64,000 nucleotides of DNA, taken from assembly GCA_017406955.1 (NCBI GenBank), contig JAFQXM010000007.1, positions 236,009 through 300,008 on the forward strand. The letters run 5' to 3'. The DNA comes from Bacilli bacterium. Lineage in GTDB: Bacteria; Bacillota_I; Bacilli_A; RF39; UBA660. Every line of letters begins with the position of its first letter. Position 1 is the first letter of the stretch. This document shows, piece after piece, positions 55,501 to 63,304 of the stretch. The notes beneath the pieces were generated by a model. It was not told where the DNA came from and searched no databases. It was given only the letters and a program-made list of their open reading frames with translations. A program made the position numbers and the translations under genes.

Positions 55501-57148
55501 TGATGTTTCTTTAAAACCTAATGAAGAAAAAGATTTAGTCTTTGTCTTAGGATGTAGTTTAAGTGATGAAGAAAATATTAAATTAATGAATAAGTATACT
55601 AATATAGAAGAAGTAAAAGAAGAGCTTAATAATGTTAAGTCTTATTGGGATAGTAAACTAAATATTATCACAGTAGATACTCCTGATAATAGTTTAAATA
55701 TAGTACTTAATGGTTGGTATTTATATCAAACTTTATCATCACGTATCATGGCTAAAGCTGGTTTTTACCAAATAAGTGGAGCTTTTGGTTATAGAGATCA
55801 ATTACAAGATGCCATGAATATAGCTATGGTTAATAAAGAATACACAAAAGAACAAATACTTAATAATGCTTCTCATCAATTTGTAGAAGGTGATGTTCTA
55901 CACTGGTGGCATGAAAAGAATCGTTTTGGACTTAGAAGTAAATATAAAGATGATTATTTATGGTTAGTTTACGCAACATGCAACTACATAGAAAGAACAA
56001 ATGATTATAGTATTTTAGATGAAAAAGTACCATATATTATTGGAGAAACTCTAAGTGAAAAAGAACATGAAAGAGGAATGGTATTTAGTTATTCTGAAGA
56101 AAAAGTTCCTTTATTAGAACACTGTTTAAAATCTTTAGATGTATCAATGAATTCTCTAGGTTCTCATAAAATACCACTTATGGGTGGAGGAGACTGGAAT
56201 GACGGAATGAATAAAGTTGGTATCGAAGGAAAAGGTGAAAGTGTTTGGCTTGGATTCTTCTTATATAGAGTTATTGATTTATTTGTTAATGTAGTTAAAA
56301 ATTATGATGATAAGTTTAATATTGATAAATATCTAAAGTTTAATAAAAAACTAAAAGATAATCTAAATAAGAATACTTGGGATGGAGACTATTATTTAAG
56401 GGCTTTCTTCGATAATGGAGATAAACTAGGTAGTCATGAAAATAAAGAATGTAAAATAGACTTGATTTCACAAAGTTTTTCAATACTTAGTGATGTGGCA
56501 CCAAATGATAAAATTCCAAAAGTAATTAATTCTGTAGAAGAATCATTAGTAGATAATAATAATAAAATTATTAAACTACTAACTCCGGCATTTGCGAAAT
56601 CATTAAATAATCCAGGATATATTATGAACTATCCAAAAGGAATACGTGAAAATGGAGGACAATATACACATTCAGTTTCATGGTATTTAATGGCTTTAAT
56701 AAAAGAAGGTTATTTTGATAGAGCATATAATTACTATCAAATGATAAATCCAATTAACAGAACTCTTAATGATAAATATGTTGATAAATACAAGGTAGAG
56801 CCTTATGTTATCGCAGCCGATATTTATTCAGCAGAAAACTTTAGTGGTAGAGGAGGTTGGACTTGGTATACAGGTTCAGCAGGTTGGTTCTATAAAGTAG
56901 GAATTGAAGATATTTTAGGTATTAAAATAAAAGGTAATAAATTAGAACTTAATCCAGGAATACCTTCTAATTGGAAAGAATATAAAGCTACATATAAGTA
57001 TTTAAACACTACATATAGTATTAAAGTAATAAATACAACAGAAGAAAAATTACTATTAGATGGATCACTTATTAAAGATAAATTTATACCTTTAATAGAT
57101 GATAATAGTACTCATAATATAGAATTACATATAAATACTAATAAATAG
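49514..57148 (+). CDS. cyclic beta-1,2-glucan synthase-like protein (GT84 + cyclization domain + GH94 phosphorylase)
   Basis: AGGAG RBS then ATG at 49514 (GTG 49505 is an alternative). N-terminal EWLIDNYYLL. GT84 motifs: YERKRGALLQFN, VITLDSDT, GYGIMQPRV, SHDLLEG, RHHRWARGD. At least 6 TM helices. Middle domain: HRTSPTAIGF, VSTVDSGNL, SWSGTSFEYYMP, PWGISEAAYN, AHHQGMSLLG. GH94-type C-terminus: YRDQLQD, GGGDWNDG, ENGGQYTH. Confidence 0.85.
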   Translation: MKKMMKKFTNSFDNITKYYNFLITKTKKHEYVGIVNEWLIDNYYLLVEHKNELLRTKNKFKKSSKNLNEHYYYLRNIVHKKYYNVDFKYLVEELKKYQKDNNEVYTYKELRIIIPLLIIIYTEKLNKICIEEYKKFSDKEKIESIINKSDRLSLKSFIDDSFDVKNNINYIYELNNQLYKVENNNKIFKELNEYLESNDISIKGIINEELQNKIDNNLVISNIFNNFKEFFEINEEDLFSKVSETEKLFLKDSVYKKMTDESKKMYREKLLVLAKKHRKGEYHYLKNIFDSKEHIGYKLFKEQKNTLRTISYIFLLFVLTTLVSGFLSLYFIKWKVLGFIILFIPVSQLIVQIVNEILINKVSIKEIPKLDFSKGIPEDERTMVVIPTIISDTEKVKEIFDVLESFYLVNKTDNLYFTLLGDVKASNKKNLKIDSEISKYGKKYADSLNKKYKKDIFYFIYRKRIWNAKENSYLGYERKRGALLQFNQILLNQEIDEDKYFNVNTLSNNKLNIKYVITLDSDTKLLLNSAINLVGAMAHPMNKPIYNSEGTKVIKGYGIMQPRVNVDIESTNQSLYSQIFAGIGGFDTYSAIMPNVYQDSFYEGSFVGKGIYDIRAVDKVLSNAFPDNLILSHDLLEGNYLRCGYVSDVELIGDFPAKFLVDVSRHHRWARGDVQIIGWLKRKVLNKDNKKVKNPINLLGKYKILDNILRMFLNPMLLLILILAFTLDKETSYLWFLLVVMEIAISIIFFLRSKINKKNKDVKEVYYKKFYIGGKSIISRAYIVFSTIPFYTKLYMDAFFRTLYRLLISHKNLLNWTTAEEVEKTVDGSLLNYIKVFTINFIVAILFIIIGFVTVNPLAYIVAFIFITGPFVTHHVSKELDHSNLDLKTKDIDNLRHLAYRTWKYFDDNLSKENNFLISDNYQENREEKFDHRTSPTAIGFSLTSVISAYELDFIDKKKTLYLLENILKSINSLKKWHGHLYNWYNIKTKKPLYPYFVSTVDSGNLIASIVVVREFLNKNDETKLVELCDKLIKNANFKKLYTKKNVFSIGYDENEGKLSEYNYNKFASESRLTSYLAISLGEVPSKHWFCLDKSLALHKGHKGLISWSGTSFEYYMPLLFMRNYPNTLLDEAYHFAYNCQKEYMHSVDSRLPWGISEAAYNELDNSQNYKYRSFSTPYLKAKEDKENRIVLSPYASLIAIDLFPKEVYENVLKFNKLDMYSKYGYYESYDYDNKGVVKAYFAHHQGMSLLGITNYLKKEVIKDLFHSNVNIRTFELLLKEKVQIKTSIDMKMLDYKKYNYNKEAIENDIRVYNYISYLPEMTVLSNKKYSLMMNDRGNSFSRYRTLQLNRYRKVTEQDYGMFMFIKDVKDNKVWSNTFSPINIKPEKYEVVFASDKIKYLRRDDEITTKTEVVVCKNHHAEIRKISFKNDTDVDKELELTTYTEPILSENMDDISHRVFNSMFVSTEYDEKTNSLIAKRKERKDTSLNSYMVTRLIVNEPLEKYTYETERSNFIGRNNTINNPKAIDEELTNYSGDNLDPVLSIRNKIMVPANESVSVYVLVGFGRSKEQIFDIVNSYNDKNSLDNEFEISTLMNIIDNKNMNISGSDMKIYNIMLNYLFQTTSKSVTEEHMNLLRTNRLGQSELWKFGISGDRPIITVDIKDIRDINFIRDILKAFEYYKNKSIFVDVVIINNELGQFHDLVEKEIDDELYRIYTLNSFYNTPGEILVLDGSNITPEDQNLLDIISRLRFVIDNHISLEEAVYSLQSHNRISDYPTYPYEDNLPYQNNEKLLFDNGYGGFKNNGKEYVIYNKNTPTPWSNIIANKTFGTIVTNNGCGYTYAYNSGEFKITSWTNDIVSNDKSEGFKFDGKMFDPEKCTHGFGYSILESETNDLKHEVTEFVAVEDNVKIYLMKLKNKTNKELKTNIEFWMNPIFGNFEEKTSRHILTEFMGKDNYLKMRNVYHNSYNNVNVFMSASEKINTAIVEKMLIKSIAFDVSLKPNEEKDLVFVLGCSLSDEENIKLMNKYTNIEEVKEELNNVKSYWDSKLNIITVDTPDNSLNIVLNGWYLYQTLSSRIMAKAGFYQISGAFGYRDQLQDAMNIAMVNKEYTKEQILNNASHQFVEGDVLHWWHEKNRFGLRSKYKDDYLWLVYATCNYIERTNDYSILDEKVPYIIGETLSEKEHERGMVFSYSEEKVPLLEHCLKSLDVSMNSLGSHKIPLMGGGDWNDGMNKVGIEGKGESVWLGFFLYRVIDLFVNVVKNYDDKFNIDKYLKFNKKLKDNLNKNTWDGDYYLRAFFDNGDKLGSHENKECKIDLISQSFSILSDVAPNDKIPKVINSVEESLVDNNNKIIKLLTPAFAKSLNNPGYIMNYPKGIRENGGQYTHSVSWYLMALIKEGYFDRAYNYYQMINPINRTLNDKYVDKYKVEPYVIAADIYSAENFSGRGGWTWYTGSAGWFYKVGIEDILGIKIKGNKLELNPGIPSNWKEYKATYKYLNTTYSIKVINTTEEKLLLDGSLIKDKFIPLIDDNSTHNIELHINTNK

Positions 57149-57159
57149 TGATAATAATA

Positions 57160-57196
57160 AAGAATACTCTTTATTTTGAGAGTATTCTTTTTTTAA
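57160..57196 (+). terminator. rho-independent terminator after the glucan synthase gene
   Basis: 11-bp stem AAGAATACTCT/AGAGTATTCTT then TTTTTT. Confidence 0.8.
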
Positions 57197-57302
57197 TTAA
57201 TACTTAACAAAACAAGTAAAAAATGTTATTATGATAATATACGATAATAAGCATCTGTTGTAGTATTTCCAAATTAAGATTTTAGAGTATTTAGGGGAGC
57301 TT

Positions 57303-59942
57303 ATGCATAGGAAAGAGAAAAAGGCAATTTTAGGTGATAGAAATAGTGGAGTATTTCACTATATATTAGCTTTTATCATAAATGCTATTATCCATTTATG
57401 CATTTTTGTGTTGGGTGATTTTAAGTATTATGATATTGTTCACTTTGTAATATCATATATTTTCTTTATGTATCCAGTTACCTTCGTTATTGATGTTATA
57501 TGGTCATTAAGGCCATCTGTAAGTAGAATACTTAATTCAGAGTATAAAATGAATAGAAAGTATTATATGAATATTCCAAAAAAAGATTACGATATATCTA
57601 AATTCAAAGAAGTAACAGTTAGTATTCCAGTATATTTAGAAGAAAATAGTGTTATTTTTCAAACAATTACAGATAGTTTAGAAGCCGTTAAAGAGTATAA
57701 TAGAATAAGTGGTAAGTATTGTAATATAGTAGTATCAGATGATGGAATAGGCGCAATCTTAAAAGAGAAATGTAATAGAAGAGATATTGATAATTTAATA
57801 CTACAATATAAAAATAATAAAAGCAGTTTATCAAACGATTTAATTACAGTAGCAGAAAGAATAATTTTTTATAGAAATTATAATGTTGCTTTTGTCGCAA
57901 GACCTAAAGAAAATAGAATTGGATTATTCAAAAAAGCATCAAACTTAAACTACACACTAACACTTGGAGATGAATTAGAAAAAGGTAAAAGCTTGGAAGA
58001 ACTTACAAAAAAAGATGGAGAATATGAAGGAGGATATGCTGAAGGAGATATAAAAACTTACGAAATTATATTACTTTTAGATAAAGACTCTGGTGTTAAT
58101 AAAAACATTATAGAGGCTATTATGCCAGAATTTATAGATAATGAAAAATTATCTTATGTTCAATGTGCTACTAACGCAATTAATATGGATGATAATTTCT
58201 TTGCTAATACAATGGGAGTTCATGTTAATAATTTGTTTCATAACATTTGGCCATGTAATGCTTTAAAGGGATTTTTTGCTCCACTTGTTGGACATAACGC
58301 ATTTCTTAGAAAAAGCGCTTTAAGAGAGATTGGATATTGGGATTCAACTAAAGTATCAGAAGATTATGATGCTGCTATAAAACTATATTCACAAGGATAC
58401 TATGGTAAATATGCTCAGATAAAAGGATTAGAATTTACTGAATATGCAAGTAGAACTTATACAGAAGAAGCAGGAAAACAATATAGATATACATATGGAC
58501 TATTTGAAATGATGTTTGATGGAACAATTAAATATGGAAAAGCTAGAAAAGGTGACATTTTCTACATGGTTATATACTTCTTGTCAAAAGTATATATAGT
58601 AACTACAATCCCATATGCTTTATTTGTTACTTATGCAGGAGATATAAATATCATGTGGGCAGGATTTATTTTGTGTCAAGCCGCCTTTATGTTCCTCCCA
58701 GTACTTAGATATATAATATTACGGGGAAGATTTAAAAAAGAATATTTACTTAGTCTACCAAAATCAATAATTTTATCTATATCATATTTAGGATATTCAT
58801 ATTCATCATTATTAGGGGCAATTAAATATGTATTAAATAAATTTAAAAAAGCAAACAAAACATTCCCAGCTTCATCAGTTGGTACCCTAAATTATTGCTT
58901 TAGTGAAGGAGTAATCATTCTAAATGATTATATAACTAATAATATGAGCTTTTTGATAATTGCCGTATTATGTGCAGATAGAATTGTAAATATTATGACT
59001 AGACATTATGCATTATTCTTAACAAAAGCAACTTGTTCATATATCTTATTAGGTATAGTAATTATGCCAATTATATTAACTCCACATCTTTATCATGTTA
59101 AATTTAATAATAAAGGTGTATTTAAAAAAGTTAATATGTTTCCATTAATTGCTTTAGTATCTATACTAATATTTATACCAATAATTAGTTATAACTATTA
59201 TAAAACTCAAGATTATGGAGATACTTTCTTAAATAATACAAACTCAATATCATTAATGGAACCAGCTAATGATTTCCCATATATGATTAAAGATATAGAG
59301 CCAGGAAAAACAAGAGAAGTACACTTTGAAGTTAAAAACTTTAAAGGAAATAAAAAACTAAAGAATAAAACAAATTATTCAATCGCAATTGGTCAAGGCA
59401 AATTACCATTTAAATATAAATTAAAATGTATGAATGCAGATGGTAAATGTATTAGAGGAAATGACTTAAAGCCAAATACATATTATTCAGATGGAGTAAT
59501 GTCTAATGAAGGAAAATCATATCATAACTATACTTTATATGTAACTTGGGAATCTAAACATAGTAAATATAAAATTATAAGAAACATAAAAAATGCTTTA
59601 GAAATGTTTAAATATAATTTATTCACAAGAGCTAGAATTAATATTAAAGTTAGAACTAATAATTATATATATGATGTATCTAATATTAAAAATGAAGAAT
59701 ATATAAGAAATAGTGATAACTTAGTAGAATTAACTATTAAAGCTGATAAAAGATTATTTAATGGTATTAATCTATTTATAGATGGTGATGTAGTAGATTC
59801 TAATAACTATAGTGTTTTCAGTAATAAAATTACTTTGAAGAAAAATTACTTAAATAAATTAGAAGATGGTAAACATAAAGTAAAAATTATTTTACCAAAT
59901 AATGGACAAGCAAATACAAGTTTTACTATCACAAAAGAATAA
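57303..59942 (+). CDS. GT2-family processive membrane glycan synthase (OpgH/cellulose-synthase-like) with C-terminal extracytoplasmic domain
   Basis: N-terminal TM helices. GT2 motifs: VSIPVYLEENS, VVSDDG, KASNLN, LLLDKDS, VGHNAFLRKSAL, VSEDYD, GKQYRYTYG. At least 5 further TM helices. About 240-aa non-hydrophobic C-terminal region with an Ig/X2-like pattern. Confidence 0.75.
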   Translation: MHRKEKKAILGDRNSGVFHYILAFIINAIIHLCIFVLGDFKYYDIVHFVISYIFFMYPVTFVIDVIWSLRPSVSRILNSEYKMNRKYYMNIPKKDYDISKFKEVTVSIPVYLEENSVIFQTITDSLEAVKEYNRISGKYCNIVVSDDGIGAILKEKCNRRDIDNLILQYKNNKSSLSNDLITVAERIIFYRNYNVAFVARPKENRIGLFKKASNLNYTLTLGDELEKGKSLEELTKKDGEYEGGYAEGDIKTYEIILLLDKDSGVNKNIIEAIMPEFIDNEKLSYVQCATNAINMDDNFFANTMGVHVNNLFHNIWPCNALKGFFAPLVGHNAFLRKSALREIGYWDSTKVSEDYDAAIKLYSQGYYGKYAQIKGLEFTEYASRTYTEEAGKQYRYTYGLFEMMFDGTIKYGKARKGDIFYMVIYFLSKVYIVTTIPYALFVTYAGDINIMWAGFILCQAAFMFLPVLRYIILRGRFKKEYLLSLPKSIILSISYLGYSYSSLLGAIKYVLNKFKKANKTFPASSVGTLNYCFSEGVIILNDYITNNMSFLIIAVLCADRIVNIMTRHYALFLTKATCSYILLGIVIMPIILTPHLYHVKFNNKGVFKKVNMFPLIALVSILIFIPIISYNYYKTQDYGDTFLNNTNSISLMEPANDFPYMIKDIEPGKTREVHFEVKNFKGNKKLKNKTNYSIAIGQGKLPFKYKLKCMNADGKCIRGNDLKPNTYYSDGVMSNEGKSYHNYTLYVTWESKHSKYKIIRNIKNALEMFKYNLFTRARINIKVRTNNYIYDVSNIKNEEYIRNSDNLVELTIKADKRLFNGINLFIDGDVVDSNNYSVFSNKITLKKNYLNKLEDGKHKVKIILPNNGQANTSFTITKE

Positions 59943-59944
59943 TA

Positions 59945-59995
59945 AAACAATATATAGTAATTAATATGATATAATTACCTATATATTGTTTTTTA
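59945..59995 (+). terminator. strong rho-independent terminator
   Basis: About 18-bp interrupted stem AAACAATATATAGTAATT...AATTAC(C)TATATATTGTTT then TTT. Confidence 0.8.
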
Positions 59996-60011
59996 TGTTA
60001 AAGGAGAAATT

Positions 60012-60554
60012 ATGAAAGAAAAAGATCTAAATAAAGCATGTAGAAGTTTAGTAGAAAATATATGTAAATATAGTAATATAGATAAAAATGATTCTAATAT
60101 TAAAGAAACACCAGATAGAATATATAGAATGTATAAAGATGAATTATTAATAGGATATAAGAGAAATCCTAAAGATTATATAAAACTATTTGATAAAAAA
60201 TATAATGATAAAAGTATTATTTCTATAGAAAATATAGAAGTAAAGTCATTATGTGCCCATCACTTATTACCATTCTTTGGAGAAGCTAAAATTGAACTAG
60301 AATATAATGAAAACGCTAAGGTTTTAGGACTAAGTAAGTTTTATAGAATAGTAGATACTTTTTCAAGAAGATTACAATTACAAGAAAACCTAACTAGTGA
60401 AATAGCAAACTTTTTATATGATAATCTAGATATAAAATGGATAAAAGTAGAGCTAGTTGCAACTCATACTTGTGTAGGTCTAAGAGGAGTAAATAACACT
60501 AATAATAAAACTAAGACTAATGTAGTAATAGGAGAATACAATGAAAATAATTGA
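60012..60554 (+). CDS. folE: GTP cyclohydrolase I (FolE type)
   Basis: ETPDRIYRMY, SLCAHHLLPFFG, RLQLQENLT, HTCVGLRGV. Confidence 0.8.
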   Translation: MKEKDLNKACRSLVENICKYSNIDKNDSNIKETPDRIYRMYKDELLIGYKRNPKDYIKLFDKKYNDKSIISIENIEVKSLCAHHLLPFFGEAKIELEYNENAKVLGLSKFYRIVDTFSRRLQLQENLTSEIANFLYDNLDIKWIKVELVATHTCVGLRGVNNTNNKTKTNVVIGEYNENN

Positions 60555-61026
60555 ATATGAAGATAAATATTTAGAAGATATAAAAAATTTATTAGTAGAA
60601 TTAGAAGAATATATAGTTTCTATTGATAAAGATAATTTAGATATATTACATAAAGATTATAAAGATAAGATGGCAATACTTGACTTAGAAGAAGTAAATA
60701 ATAATGATGGTAAATGTTATATTGCAGTAGAAAATGATAAAGCAATTGGTTTAATTATGGGGGCTATATTTCCATATTATAAGTATGATTACTTAGATTA
60801 TAAATGTCCTAAAAAAGGAGAAATTACAGAGTTAATTGTAACCAACAATAGTAGAAATAAAGATATAGGTAAAAAATTAATTAAAAGAATGGAAGAGTAT
60901 TTTAAATCTAAAGATTGTGAATATATAATAGTAGATATATTTGCTTATAATGATAAAGCTATTAGTTTTTATGAAAAAGAAAATTATCATACTAGAATGA
61001 TAACTAATATAAAGAAAATAAAGTAG
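60541..61026 (+). CDS. GNAT-family N-acetyltransferase
   Basis: Size and motif-A-like RNKDIGKKLIKRMEEY, C-terminal AISFYEKENY. Confidence 0.6.
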   Translation: MKIIEYEDKYLEDIKNLLVELEEYIVSIDKDNLDILHKDYKDKMAILDLEEVNNNDGKCYIAVENDKAIGLIMGAIFPYYKYDYLDYKCPKKGEITELIVTNNSRNKDIGKKLIKRMEEYFKSKDCEYIIVDIFAYNDKAISFYEKENYHTRMITNIKKIK

Positions 61027-61034
61027 GTGATATT

Positions 61035-61577
61035 ATGAAAATAATATACTATGTACATGGTACTACATATGATAATGCATCTAAGAAGTGTAGTGGATGG
61101 AAACAAGTAGAGTTAAATGATTTAGGAAAAGAACAAGCAGTTAATTTAGGTAAAAATACACCTTATAAATTTGATGTATTATTTACATCAGATTTAAAAA
61201 GAGCTATGGATACTGCAAAACTAGCTTTTCCAGAATTTGATAGTATTCAAGATGAAAGATTAAGAGAATGTAATTATGGGGATTATGATGGAGAAGATAA
61301 ACATTTAGTTGTTTATGAAGACCATATAGATGAACCGTTTCCTAATGGAGAATCTTTAAAAGACGTGGAAAAAAGAGTAAAAGAATTCTTAGAATTTATA
61401 AAAGACAATTATGATGATAAAACAGTAGGCATAATTGCTCATAGAGCTCCACAATTAGCAATTCAAGTATTAACACAAAATATTACTTGGGAAGAAGCTA
61501 ATAAAGCTGATTGGAGAAAAACAGGTGATTGGCAACCAGGATGGCAATATACTTTAAAAAATAAAAGAAAACACTAA
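61035..61577 (+). CDS. histidine phosphatase (phosphoglycerate mutase) family protein
   Basis: N-terminal YYVHGTTYDN: the His is present but Val replaces the usual Arg of the RHG motif. SDLKRAMDTA; IIAHRAP. Confidence 0.6.
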   Translation: MKIIYYVHGTTYDNASKKCSGWKQVELNDLGKEQAVNLGKNTPYKFDVLFTSDLKRAMDTAKLAFPEFDSIQDERLRECNYGDYDGEDKHLVVYEDHIDEPFPNGESLKDVEKRVKEFLEFIKDNYDDKTVGIIAHRAPQLAIQVLTQNITWEEANKADWRKTGDWQPGWQYTLKNKRKH

Positions 61578-61620
61578 ATATAAGTAATTATTAATAAGTT
61601 AATAAGTACTTATATTTATT
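61576..61620 (+). terminator. rho-independent terminator
   Basis: 11-bp stem AAATATAAGTA/TACTTATATTT; followed by a TTGACT-17-TATTAT promoter. Confidence 0.55.
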
Positions 61621-61675
61621 GACTATTTAATGATTGTATGCTATTATAGCTGATAATTGATAGGGGAGGTTATGT

Positions 61676-61963
61676 ATGGATGAGTTAGAAAAAGAAAAAA
61701 GAAAATTATCTAAAACTGTAAAAGAAGTAAAAGAAGTTTTATCTGATACTGAAGAAGAATTAGATGATTTATATGGAAGAAATCTTTATGATGTTGATAC
61801 TTTGAGAATAATGGCTAAAGAAAAAGAAGTAAGTATTAGAAATTTAAAGTCATCAGTGAAAAAGCCATATTTTGCTAGAATAGATTTCAACCAAGAAGGA
61901 GAAAATAAAACTCAAAAAATATACATAGGTAAAAATGGTGTGAAAAATTTGCAGATGAAATAG
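61676..61963 (+). pseudogene. helD: N-terminal fragment of HelD (helicase IV-like UvrD-family protein)
   Basis: Coiled-coil N-terminus and KKPYFARIDF...QKIYIGKNG, the HelD signature PYFGRIDF...IYIG. Stops after 95 aa; no helicase domains follow. Confidence 0.65.
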
Positions 61964-62733
61964 AAAAAAGAAAAATTAAAGTTAAATTAAGAGGACAAAT
62001 TAGAGCTGATAAAGTGACTGATAAAACTTTAGCAGAATTAAAAAGAGCAGGATTTTTTTCGTTTGCTTGTGGAATAGAAAACGGCTCACCAACTGCATTA
62101 GCAAGAATGAATAAATCTTCTACAGTAGATGATAATATAAGAGCATTAGACTTATTTAAAAAATATGATTATTACGTGCAAATGGGATATATACTTTTTG
62201 ATAAAGATACCACCTTTCAAGAATTGTTAGAAAATTATGAATTTTTAAATAAGTATAAGTTTGCGATTACAAAAGGTATTTTTAGTGAAATGTTTTCTAC
62301 TGAAGGTACAAAATTAAATGATAAATTAAAAAAGAAAAGCATAATAAAAGATAGTAATTTTTGTGGAAACAACAAGTATGATATAGAAGATGATATGGTG
62401 AGGAAAGTATATTATTCTTTAAAAAAATGGCATAAATCACATTCTAAGATTTATGATATGACTATAGATCCATTAACAGCTCCAAAGGCTATTTCAGAAT
62501 ATGAAATGTATGAATTTTATACTAATATTTTAAAATTGAAAGATTTAGATTTAAAAATGTTTAAACAGATATTATATATGGTAAAAACATATGATAATCT
62601 AGATATTGATAGATACACAGATCATATGATAAGTCAGACTGAAAAAGATTATAAAGATATAACAGAAGATGTGGAAAAAGTTTATGTAAAATCAAAATTA
62701 AAATATAAAGCTGATACTAATCCATTTATATGA
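61933..62733 (+). pseudogene. C-terminal fragment of a radical SAM (B12-binding class-like) enzyme
   Basis: The frame is open from 61933. EKFADEIEKRKIKVKLRGQIRADKVTDKTLAELKRAGFFSFACGIENGSPTALARMNKSST is the distal half of a radical SAM TIM barrel. No CxxxCxxC cluster region and no proper start; overlaps the end of the helD fragment. Confidence 0.6.
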
Positions 62734-62763
62734 TATAATTATATAAATAATAGAGGAGGAAAT

Positions 62764-63111
62764 ATGAAAAAAGAAAATGCAGTTGATTTTATAGGTAAAA
62801 CAATAAAAATAAAGATGGATAGAATGTTAGGAACAAAACATCCAAAACATGGCTTTGTATACACAGTAAATTATGGGTATGTGCCTAACACAGTTAGCGG
62901 TGATGGAGAAGAACTTGATGCGTATCTATTAGGAGTTTTTGAACCAGTAAAAGAATACACAGGTAAAGTAATAGCAGTTATTCATAGAACAAATGATGAT
63001 GATGATAAATTAATAGTAGTTGGAAATGATAAAGAATATAGTGATGATGCAATTAGAGCATTAACAGAATTCCAAGAACAATATTTTGAGTCAATAATAG
63101 TTAGAGACTAG
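62764..63111 (+). CDS. short inorganic-pyrophosphatase-like protein
   Basis: YTVNYGYVPNTVSGDGEELDAYLL and NDDDDKLIVV parallel family I PPase YPCNYGYI..T...DGDPVDVLV and DE.GEDAKLVAV; only 115 aa. Confidence 0.55.
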   Translation: MKKENAVDFIGKTIKIKMDRMLGTKHPKHGFVYTVNYGYVPNTVSGDGEELDAYLLGVFEPVKEYTGKVIAVIHRTNDDDDKLIVVGNDKEYSDDAIRALTEFQEQYFESIIVRD

Positions 63112-63198
63112 TTTTATAAATAAGTTAAAAAAACCAATTACCATATTTTACCAATTATCACTATATAATTTACTAAGTTGAGAAATATTAAATTTTAT

Positions 63199-63226
63199 AA
63201 TATAATACTTATATAAGTATTATATT
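63199..63226. repeat. perfect 28-bp palindrome
   Basis: AATATAATACTTAT|ATAAGTATTATATT followed by TTT; a terminator for the upstream gene or an operator. Confidence 0.6.
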
Positions 63227-63250
63227 TTTATGTGTAAATACTATATAATC

Positions 63251-63279
63251 TTGACGTTTACAACTAAAAATGGTATAAT
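63251..63279 (+). promoter_or_regulatory. sigma-A promoter with extended -10
   Basis: TTGACG - 17 nt - (TGg)TATAAT. Confidence 0.7.
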
Positions 63280-63304
63280 ATGGCGCAATTAATGGGGGTA
63301 TAGT

